Of a DNA stretch of 64,000 nt, positions 51,601 to 58,523 are shown piece by piece. Below the pieces are notes generated by a model, which worked only from the letters and a program-made list of their open reading frames with translations, searched no databases and was not told where the DNA came from. The first letter of the stretch is position 1. Each line of letters opens with the position of its first letter. The position numbers and the translations under genes are program-made. This DNA comes from Thermoanaerobaculia bacterium (lineage in GTDB: Bacteria; Acidobacteriota; Thermoanaerobaculia; UBA5066), in NCBI GenBank assembly GCA_963816185.1, contig CAWFJJ010000001.1, positions 64,001 through 128,000 on the forward strand. The letters run 5' to 3'.

Positions 51601-51825
51601 GCGCTCGACACGCCCGCGTTCGCAGGGCTCAAGAAGGACCTCATCGCGATCTGGGGCTCCGAGGGCGAGGCGAAGGCCTACATCGGCGATCCCGACCGCG
51701 TCACGAAAGCCCTGCGCGATCACATCTGGTCGCTCGGCAACGACTTCCTCACGGCGCCGCAGGCGCCGAAGGCGGCGAAGGCGACGAAAAGGGCGAAGGC
51801 GCCCGCGGTCGTCGCGGCCAAGTAG
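48679..51825 (+). CDS. Membrane-anchored octaheme c-type cytochrome with a long coiled coil (1048 aa)
   Basis: Eight CxxCH (CMTCH, CTSCH, CFRCH, CWSCH, CQGCH, CYSCH, CQGCH, CAQCH); repeated GPNL...P...MP class I modules; N-terminal TM plus ~150 aa helical region. Confidence 0.9.
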   Translation: MAKAPPPEPIDHHYDIKRLTKVFAITSILVLPVFGWMTWQDYGRDWKSWQKKFIENDRKRTRAALRAASEKIDPDIEEKYLEQKREGARELRRHRTAVSEAEERTKKAEGAWYLADQDFRFKKAEMDTARYNFETRQEESPKSPAAESARKNYERLKAAYEASTIVEQAAKKAWDGAKAELASLEQTKKDAEDALVKLDADYDRFQKKLGTLRQNDAFYFVRNAPIADMLAPSLKIQQVQLDDLYNDVNFLRSQRVDRCMTCHIAAETRGFEDKEKYPQSVLRTHPRLDLFVDSNSPHPYATFGCTSCHGGRDRATDFTRAGHMPNDYGQYEHLAGQLESGHDDKGLPTDDDAVKEEMGETQTGRWMKDYSWEVDKFNDLPMYPMKAVEAGCFRCHRSDAGHPKAPKLDQGRKLVEQLGCWSCHKMKGLENLPRVGPNLSRIASKTTPEWAERWLVNPRAFRNNTKMPRFFYLENFDTESGHRLTDTMIAGVTAYLFEKSEKTSWPAVAAGDAARGKQLFENVGCQGCHISEPGAERHVMDGWRQHGPNLIGLSQKVTPEWLAAWLKNPKGYNPETRMPNLRLSGDEIADLVAYLMSRPAQSEFARSRPPKADEKERDALVFDYLTQTRSVVEAKADVTRMTPKEKDLFVGEKIIGNYGCYSCHVIPGFENAKPIGVELSEWGNKPVHLLDFGFVRLPHTRADWLAQKVADPRSFDLEKVKTFQEKLKMPQFSLSGAEVEAVQTAILGMQKDDMADSLVVKAVGSHGAVEAGRRIVKDFNCQGCHILEDRGGGIREAMTANKIDLALAPPIIRGEGAKVQSDWLFSFLNSPRSGQIRPWLKVRMPTFEFSPDQLNSLTAYFASLDKARYPFENRVEALDARSRAAGAKTFEALKCAQCHPTSQDAFQLALKAGKTPADLAPILAAAHTRLRYDWIADWIKRPEEWMPGTRMPTNFPKMDEGSGKPAKRISPLAPALDTPAFAGLKKDLIAIWGSEGEAKAYIGDPDRVTKALRDHIWSLGNDFLTAPQAPKAAKATKRAKAPAVVAAK

Positions 51826-51845
51826 GATGAATATTCTGCTCGTAT

Positions 51846-51963
51846 TTCCCGAATGACCGATGTCAAGGGTCTCAGACCGCTGCGCGGCGCGCGAAACGCG
51901 CCCTTGACATCGGACATTCGGGAAGAAGATTTCCGACTATCGGGGCTGCATCAGCAGCCCCGA
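51846..51963. repeat. GTCAAGG...CCTTGAC stem-loop element, copy 2 (24-bp arms, 1 mismatch), plus an adjacent perfect 10-bp hairpin
   Basis: TTCCCGAATGACCGATGTCAAGGG (51846-51869) vs CCCTTGACATCGGACATTCGGGAA (51901-51924); TCGGGGCTGC-ATCA-GCAGCCCCGA (51940-51963). Confidence 0.75.
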
Positions 51964-52704
51964 ATATCAGAAGGATTTCTCCCCCGGGCGCTCGTTCTCT
52001 TCGCAGTGGTGGTTTTTTCGGCCGAAACACTCGCCGCATCATCGGCAGGCGTAGGAGCCTCGGCGCCCACGCACGGGGTCTTCGGCAAAGTGACTCTCTC
52101 GGGTCCCGTCCCGAAGCTCGCGCCGCGCCCTGTGAACGCGGACGTCGCGATCTGCGGTAAGGCCGACCGGCCCTCGCCGTCCCTCGTCCTCGCGAAAGAC
52201 AAGGGAATCGCGAACGCAGTCGTGTGGCTCGAGGGCGCGAAGGGCGGCGCGCTTCCGAAGGGGCCGTTCCACCTCGACCAGAGGAACTGCCTGTTCGCGC
52301 CGTACGTGCAGGTCGTCAGCAAGGGCGCGCCGGTCGTCTTCGGGAACTCGGACCCCGTGCTCCACAACGTCCACGCGGCGACGGCCGGCGCCGCGCAGAT
52401 CTTCAACCGGGCGATCCCGGTCAGGGGGCAGACTTTCACCGAGACGTTCACGGAGCCGGGTGTCGTCCGCCTCAAGTGCGACGTCCACACGTGGATGACC
52501 GCATGGCTCTTCGTGGCCGACACCCCCTATGCGGCCGTCACGGACAAGGAGGGTCGATTCGCGTTTCCTTCCGTTCCGCCCGGCACCTACCGTCTGAAGA
52601 CGTGGCACGAGCTGTTCGGCGAGAAGTCGCAGCCCGTGACCGTTCCGGCCTCGGGCGCCGCGAAGGCGGACGTCACGCTCTCCCTCCTCGACGCCTCGAA
52701 TTAG
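51853..52704 (+). CDS. Exported cupredoxin-like / carboxypeptidase-regulatory-like domain protein (start uncertain)
   Basis: LDQRNCLFAP, NSDPVLHNVH, CDVHTWM, AVTDKEGRF...VPPGTY...WHE. Confidence 0.75.
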   Translation: MTDVKGLRPLRGARNAPLTSDIREEDFRLSGLHQQPRISEGFLPRALVLFAVVVFSAETLAASSAGVGASAPTHGVFGKVTLSGPVPKLAPRPVNADVAICGKADRPSPSLVLAKDKGIANAVVWLEGAKGGALPKGPFHLDQRNCLFAPYVQVVSKGAPVVFGNSDPVLHNVHAATAGAAQIFNRAIPVRGQTFTETFTEPGVVRLKCDVHTWMTAWLFVADTPYAAVTDKEGRFAFPSVPPGTYRLKTWHELFGEKSQPVTVPASGAAKADVTLSLLDASN

Positions 52705-52708
52705 AAAG

Positions 52709-53287
52709 TCAGTTGATCTTCTGCGCGCCGGAGGCGCGGCTGAACTCCGTCTCGAACGCGCGGAACTTCGGGGAGCTCCAGTCCATCTCGCCGACGACGT
52801 GCTGGATGATTTCTCCCGACGGCGCGATGAACCACGTCTCGGGGTAGGCGTCCGTCCCGTAGCGGTGCGCGACGTCACCCCGCGGGTCCAGAGCGACGGG
52901 CAGACCCGAGATCTTGTGCTCTGTCAGCCACGCGTCCACGGTCTTCCAGTCGTCGTCCGTCGAGACCGCGAGGAACTCGACGTTCGCGTCGCCTTTCGTG
53001 TCCGCGACGAACTTCACGAGCGCGGGCATCTCTTCCCGGCACGGCGGGCACCACGTGGCCCAGAAGTGCAGAATCAATCCCTTGCCCGTTTTCGCCGCGA
53101 GGTCGCGGCGCGCTCCGTCGCGCGCGAGGACGATCAGGGATCCGGAAGGCGCCGCGGCCTTCGCGGACGGGGCCGCGGGACGCGGCGCGGCCGACGGGAG
53201 CAAGGCGTCTTTCGCAAGGCACGAGAGCACCGCCGCGACGACGGCGGCGGCCGCAAGGACGACAAAGAGGCGCTTCGAGTCTTTCAT
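52709..53287 (-). CDS. TlpA/ResA-like thiol-disulfide oxidoreductase
   Basis: HFWATWCPPCREEMP, YPETWFI; N-terminal anchor; ATG 53287 overlaps the upstream stop. Confidence 0.88.
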   Translation of the reverse strand: MKDSKRLFVVLAAAAVVAAVLSCLAKDALLPSAAPRPAAPSAKAAAPSGSLIVLARDGARRDLAAKTGKGLILHFWATWCPPCREEMPALVKFVADTKGDANVEFLAVSTDDDWKTVDAWLTEHKISGLPVALDPRGDVAHRYGTDAYPETWFIAPSGEIIQHVVGEMDWSSPKFRAFETEFSRASGAQKIN

Positions 53288-54189
53288 GCGCGAGCCGCCG
53301 GCAGCGTCATGGGAAGGCCGAGGATGCCGAGGCGCGAAAGCGGCCAATCATAGGCAATGGGGTCTTCCGGCTTGAGTCGGCGCAGCCAGCCCGTCGCCTC
53401 GCGCGACGCGGCGAGGTCGGCCGTGGGCCGGCGCGTGAGGCCGATGCGGCGCGCGATGCGGTGGAGGTGAACGTCCATCGGCAGGAGCAGCCGCGCGGGC
53501 GTGAAGCGCCCGCCCGCCCAGAGACCGAGGTCGAAGCCCTCCGTCCGGATCATCCAGCGGAGGAACAAATGCTGCCTTTTGCAGGCGGAGCCTGCAGCGG
53601 GAGACGGCAGGAGAAAGCGTAGGCCGCGCGAGGGCGCAGCGGCGCGGGGGGACAGCAGTTGAAGATTTCTTAGAAAGGAAGAGAGAGCGAGCACGTAATC
53701 CGAATGGGCGGTGCGATTCGGGCCGGCGTTACGGATTCCACGGGGCGCTTGCGCTGCGCGCTCTTCACCTTCTAAGAAATTCTCTTTCTCTTCGTCCCCC
53801 TGCGCGAAGAGCGCGCCGAGAGAGCCGTGCGCGCGCCGCGCCCTCTTGACCATTCGAAGAAAATCCTCGACGTCCTTTCCCGTGACCCACCGATGCACGA
53901 AACGCTCGAGGCCCGCGGTTGGCGTTTCGTCCCACTCCTCCAAGAACCCCGCGGGCCGCGGCCCGAGAGCCCCGAGAACGCGCGCGATCGAAGCCTGAAT
54001 GGATTTGACGCGCCCGAAGGCGAGCGAAGCGGAGAGGAAAGCCACGACCTCGCGGTCCGCCGGATCGGCATAACAGTGGGCGAACACGAGCGGGTCGGAG
54101 TCGAGGCGGCGAGACCGCCACTCGACCCTCAGAGTCTCGAGGCGCTCGCCGAGAAGTGCGAGGTTCGGGGGGCCGGCCGGGCGTCTCAC
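53284..54189 (-). CDS. TIGR02757 / DUF2400 family protein (start approximate)
   Basis: DPLVF, DREVVAFLSASLAFGRV, SACKRQHLFLRWMIR, DLGLW, PMDVH, PEDPIAYDW. Confidence 0.8.
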   Translation of the reverse strand: MRRPAGPPNLALLGERLETLRVEWRSRRLDSDPLVFAHCYADPADREVVAFLSASLAFGRVKSIQASIARVLGALGPRPAGFLEEWDETPTAGLERFVHRWVTGKDVEDFLRMVKRARRAHGSLGALFAQGDEEKENFLEGEERAAQAPRGIRNAGPNRTAHSDYVLALSSFLRNLQLLSPRAAAPSRGLRFLLPSPAAGSACKRQHLFLRWMIRTEGFDLGLWAGGRFTPARLLLPMDVHLHRIARRIGLTRRPTADLAASREATGWLRRLKPEDPIAYDWPLSRLGILGLPMTLPAARA

Positions 54190-54213
54190 GTCTCCTACGC
54201 TAGCATCCTCGCG

Positions 54214-55368
54214 GTGAGCCCGCGACGTCCCGGGAAGGAGGCTCCTCCTCCACCCGAAGAAAAGCCCGACTCCCGCCGCACGGTCCTCGTGGGAGTCTAC
54301 GGGCGCGAGATCCCGAGGGAGACGGCCGAGGACCAGCTCGACGAGCTCGAACGCCTCGTGGACACCGCGGGCGGGCTCGTGGTCGCCCGAACGCTTCAGG
54401 AGCGCCGGGGACCCGATCCCGCGACGTACGTCGGCTCGGGGAAGGTGGAGGAAGTCGCCGAAGCGGCGCGCGCCCTCGGTGCCGGCTGGACTGTCTTCGA
54501 CGACGAGCTCACGCCCACGCAGGCGCGGAACCTCGACAAGAAGCTCCCGACGCAGGTGCTCGACCGGGCCGGTGTCATCCTCCGCATCTTCGCCGCGCGC
54601 GCGCGTTCTCGCGAGGCCATGACGCAGGTCGAGCTCGCGAGGCTCCAATACGAGCTCCCGCGCCTCGCCGGGCCGTCCCGGGGCCTCGCCCAGCAGCGCG
54701 GCGGAGGCGCGTTCCGAGGCGGCGCGGGCGAGCGGAAGATCGAGCTGGACCGCAGGAGGGTGCGCACGCGCATCGCGAAGCTCAAGGAAGAGCTCGCACA
54801 CATCGAGACCCAGCGCGACGTGAGGCGCAAGGGGATGAAGCGCGTCGCGACCGTCTCGCTCGTGGGCTACACGAACGCCGGCAAGACGACGCTCTTCAAC
54901 CGGCTGACGTCCTCGAAGGAATTCGCCGAAGACCGCCTCTTCGCTACGCTCGACCCGCGGCACGCGCGGCTCCAGGGCGTGGGCGGACGGGCGATCGTCC
55001 TCGCCGACACGGTCGGCTTCCTTCGCAAGCTCCCGCACACGCTCGTGGCGTCGTTCAAGTCCACGCTCGCCGAAGTGAAGGACGCGGACCTGCTCGTGCA
55101 CGTCGTGGACGCGTCGTCCGCGCAGGCAGCCGAGCAGCGTGCCGTCGCCGAAGAGGTGATCGCGGGCTTCGGCGTGGAGAAGAGGCGCGTCCTCCTCGCG
55201 TACAACAAGACCGACCGCCCGCATCCCGAAGCGCTCGCGTTGGACGGGATCCGGATCTCGGCGGCGACCGGAGACGGGATCCCCGAGCTTCGGGAGGCGA
55301 TCGTCGCGAGGTTGGCCGCTCTCGGCGCGCGGATGCCTTTCTACGGATCCGGGCATGCCTCCGGCTGA
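54214..55368 (+). CDS. hflX: GTPase HflX
   Basis: GSGKVEE, QVELARL, GYTNAGKTT, LFATLD, DTVGF, NKTD, SAATG. Confidence 0.92.
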   Translation: MSPRRPGKEAPPPPEEKPDSRRTVLVGVYGREIPRETAEDQLDELERLVDTAGGLVVARTLQERRGPDPATYVGSGKVEEVAEAARALGAGWTVFDDELTPTQARNLDKKLPTQVLDRAGVILRIFAARARSREAMTQVELARLQYELPRLAGPSRGLAQQRGGGAFRGGAGERKIELDRRRVRTRIAKLKEELAHIETQRDVRRKGMKRVATVSLVGYTNAGKTTLFNRLTSSKEFAEDRLFATLDPRHARLQGVGGRAIVLADTVGFLRKLPHTLVASFKSTLAEVKDADLLVHVVDASSAQAAEQRAVAEEVIAGFGVEKRRVLLAYNKTDRPHPEALALDGIRISAATGDGIPELREAIVARLAALGARMPFYGSGHASG

Positions 55369-57277
55369 GGGCCGGGATCTCCTCAGCACGCGCACGGAGC
55401 GCCTGGCGTCGGCGGGCTTTCTCGTTGTTGCGGCTCTTCTCGCCGTCACGGCTCTGATCGCGGACAGCGCGGCCTTCGACGAGGTCATCCACCTCCCCGC
55501 CGGCATCGTCCAGCTCGAGACGGGAGATCTTCGTTTCGCGCCGGACCATCCTCCCCTCGCGCGGCTCTGGGCGGCGCTTCCTTCCGCCTTCCTTCCCGTC
55601 GTGCTGCCGGACCCGAACACCGAGGCCTTCCGAACCGGCGAGTTCGTCGCGGTGGGCCGTGAGCTTCTCGAAAAGAACCCCCGACTTCCGCTCCTGACGC
55701 TCGGGCGTCTCATGATCGTCGCGCTGTTTCTCGCGCTTCTGCTTCTCGTGCGCGGCGCCGCGCGCAAGCTCTTCGGCGCGGATGCGGGGCTTCTCGCGCT
55801 CGCCGTCGCTTCCCTGTCACCGTCGCTTCTCGCGCACGGGCATCTCGTGACGACGGACCTGCCCGCCGCCCTCCTCTTTCTCGCGGTGCTCATGGCGTTC
55901 GCCCGCCTCGGCGAGAGGCTTTCTGCGGGCCGCCTCGCTGTGGCTGCCGTCCTGATCGCCGCGCTCGTCCTCACGAAGTACTCGTGGCCGGTCGTCCTTC
56001 CGGCCCTTCTCGCGATGGGTGTCGTCGCGGCCGCCTCGCGCGCCGTGCGCGTCGTCTCGCTCGCCGGCGTCGCAGTTTCCTGCGGGCTCGTCGCATGGGG
56101 GGCGGTCTGGGCGTGCTACGGCTTCCGGTTCTCGCCCTTCCGCGGGCCGCGAACTGCGGAAGCGCGGATGTACGTCCCGATCCAGGCCGGGATCCCCGCG
56201 GCCACGAGCCACGAGGAGGCCTGGAAGACCGTCCTTGAGGATTCCAAAGGCATTCCCTACACCGGGCCGACCGCGGGCTTCGCGCGGTGGGCCAGGCGGC
56301 ACCGCGTCCTTCCGGAGGCATGGATCTACGGGCTCATGCTGCTCAAGAAGATGTCGTATCCCCGCACCGCCTTCTTTCGCGGCGAGATCGGGCCTGGATG
56401 GGCGATGTACTTCCCGGTCGCATTTCTCATCAAGTCCCCGCTTCCCGAGCTCCTCCTCGGCGGTCTCGGGCTGGCGGCGATCGTGGCGCGCCGGGCCCCT
56501 CCGCACGATGCCCTCCTGGCGACGGGCCTCGTGGTCTTCGCACTTTCGTACGGCGTCTTCGCAGTGCTCGCGACGCTGAACATCGGCGAGCGCCACCTTC
56601 TGCCGCTCCACCCGGTCCTCGCCGTCGTCGCCGGGGCGGCCGCGGCGTGGGCACTGACCCGACGGGGGAAGGCGCTCCTCCTCGCGCTCGTCCTCTGGCT
56701 GGGAGCGGAGACGGCGCTCGTTCATCCGAACGAGCTCGGCTACTTCAACGAAATCGTGGGGGGCTGGAGAAACGGCTGGAGATGGCTCGCCGACAGCAAC
56801 GTCGACTGGGGCCAGGACCTCGCGCGCCTCGCCCGTTGGACGAAGGAAAACGGCGACCCGGAGGTCAAGCTCGCGTATTTCGGCGCGCTGGATCCGCGCG
56901 GGCTCGTCTCCAAGATCACGAATCTCTGGAGCGCGTATCCGTTCGGCGAGCCGGCTCGCCTCACGCCCGGCGTCTACGTTGTGAGCGTGAACCAGCTCCT
57001 CGGGCTCTTCATTCCGGTGGCGCGCGACGAGTTCTGGGAGAGGCCTGGGACCCGGGACTGGTACGCGAGCCGATGGGAGATGGCGCGCGCGTCGGGCTTT
57101 GCCCGCCCTCCGGGCCTGGCGGGACGAGAGGCGGCGGCGTGGGAGGCGTTCGAGGCGGTCGAGAGGGGCCGCCTGCTCCGCGCGCTCCGGACGCGCCCCC
57201 CGGATGCCTTCATCGGGACGTCGCTGCGCGTCTACCGCCTCTCCCAGACCGACCTGGATGCGATCCTGTCGCCCTAG
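55355..57277 (+). CDS. GT-C fold glycosyltransferase (GT39/ArnT/PMT-like)
   Basis: FDEVIH, DHPPL, AHGHLVTTD, GERHLLP, YFNE, DSNVDWGQDL; many TM helices. Confidence 0.8.
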   Translation: MPPAEGRDLLSTRTERLASAGFLVVAALLAVTALIADSAAFDEVIHLPAGIVQLETGDLRFAPDHPPLARLWAALPSAFLPVVLPDPNTEAFRTGEFVAVGRELLEKNPRLPLLTLGRLMIVALFLALLLLVRGAARKLFGADAGLLALAVASLSPSLLAHGHLVTTDLPAALLFLAVLMAFARLGERLSAGRLAVAAVLIAALVLTKYSWPVVLPALLAMGVVAAASRAVRVVSLAGVAVSCGLVAWGAVWACYGFRFSPFRGPRTAEARMYVPIQAGIPAATSHEEAWKTVLEDSKGIPYTGPTAGFARWARRHRVLPEAWIYGLMLLKKMSYPRTAFFRGEIGPGWAMYFPVAFLIKSPLPELLLGGLGLAAIVARRAPPHDALLATGLVVFALSYGVFAVLATLNIGERHLLPLHPVLAVVAGAAAAWALTRRGKALLLALVLWLGAETALVHPNELGYFNEIVGGWRNGWRWLADSNVDWGQDLARLARWTKENGDPEVKLAYFGALDPRGLVSKITNLWSAYPFGEPARLTPGVYVVSVNQLLGLFIPVARDEFWERPGTRDWYASRWEMARASGFARPPGLAGREAAAWEAFEAVERGRLLRALRTRPPDAFIGTSLRVYRLSQTDLDAILSP

Positions 57278-57374
57278 CCCGCGACCACACGGAATAACGT
57301 TTCCATCTTCCTCCATGACAGGAGGGCCGGATCTCCCTTCGTAATACGATCTGTCACGCCCGGGAGGTATCGCC

Positions 57375-58523
57375 ATGAGCACACCCATCGAATATCGCCG
57401 GCGCGGACAGGCCGTGTGGCTGGACACCATCTCCTCGAAGATGATCCATTCGGGGCGGCTGTCGTCCCTGATCGAGGCCGGCTCGGTCTACGGGGTGACG
57501 TCGAACCCGACGATCTTCGGACAGGCCATCGTGAAGAACGAAGGAGACTACAACGCGCACCTCGAGCGCCTCGCGCGCGACGGGAAGGACGCGTTCGCGA
57601 TCTACGATGCGCTCACGCGCCAGGACATCGCCGAGGGCGCGGATGTTTTTCGCGCGCTGCACGAGAAGAACCCCGTGGACGGATGGATCTCACTCGAGGT
57701 CCTCCCCTCGCTCGCGGCCGACACGCAGAAGACCATCGCCGAGGCGAAGCGTCTCTCGTCCGCGCTCGGCCGGCCGAACGTCTTCATCAAGGTGCCTGCG
57801 ACGTCCGCCGGCATCCCCGCGGTCCGGCGCCTGATCGGCGAGGGCGTCTCGATCAACATCACGCTCATGTTCAACCGCAAGCATTACCGCGAGGTCGCGA
57901 ACGCCTATCTCGGGGGCCTGTCGGATTTCGCGGCGAAGGGCGGAGACCTCCCGCGCGTCCACTCGGTCGCTTCGTTTTTCGTCTCGCGCGTCGACACGCT
58001 CGTCGACAAGCTCCTCGGGGAGAGGATCCAGAAGGCCTCGGGGGCGGAGAAGACGCGCCTCGAAGGTCTCCTCGGCAAGGCGGGCCTCGCGAACTCGAAG
58101 GTCGTCTACGAGGACTTTGTCGCGATTTTCAAAGGAGCGCCGTTCGCCGCCCTCCGTTCGAAGGGCGCGCGTTTCCAGCGGCCGCTCTGGGCGTCCACGG
58201 GCACGAAGAACCCCGCTTACTCCGATCTCCTCTACGTGGAGAACCTCATCGGCCCGGACACCGTGAACACGATGCCCGAGAAGACCCTGGAGGCGCTCCT
58301 CGATCACGGCCGGACGCCCGGTGACACCGTGCTGGAAGGAGTCGCCGAAGCGAAAAAGACGCTGGACGACCTTCGTGCCGTCGGGATCGACGTCGAGGCG
58401 GTCGGCGAGCAGCTCCAAAAGGACGGCGTCGCCCTCTTCACGAAATCCTACGAGGAGCTCCTCGCGGCGATCGAGTCGCGCCGCGCCGAGGCCGTGAAGG
58501 CGTCCGCGGGAGTGAAAGCGTGA
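57375..58523 (+). CDS. tal: Transaldolase
   Basis: WLD, GVTSNPTIF, IKVPAT, NITLMF, ASFFVSRVD, WASTGTKNP. Confidence 0.93.
   Translation: MSTPIEYRRRGQAVWLDTISSKMIHSGRLSSLIEAGSVYGVTSNPTIFGQAIVKNEGDYNAHLERLARDGKDAFAIYDALTRQDIAEGADVFRALHEKNPVDGWISLEVLPSLAADTQKTIAEAKRLSSALGRPNVFIKVPATSAGIPAVRRLIGEGVSINITLMFNRKHYREVANAYLGGLSDFAAKGGDLPRVHSVASFFVSRVDTLVDKLLGERIQKASGAEKTRLEGLLGKAGLANSKVVYEDFVAIFKGAPFAALRSKGARFQRPLWASTGTKNPAYSDLLYVENLIGPDTVNTMPEKTLEALLDHGRTPGDTVLEGVAEAKKTLDDLRAVGIDVEAVGEQLQKDGVALFTKSYEELLAAIESRRAEAVKASAGVKA

Noticed and set aside
28919-53287. Selenoproteins (in-frame TGA) suggested by the presence of selA
   Set aside because: The redox motifs seen (CAFC, CPPC, ferredoxin and heme Cys) are all Cys-encoded; no convincing TGA read-through candidate
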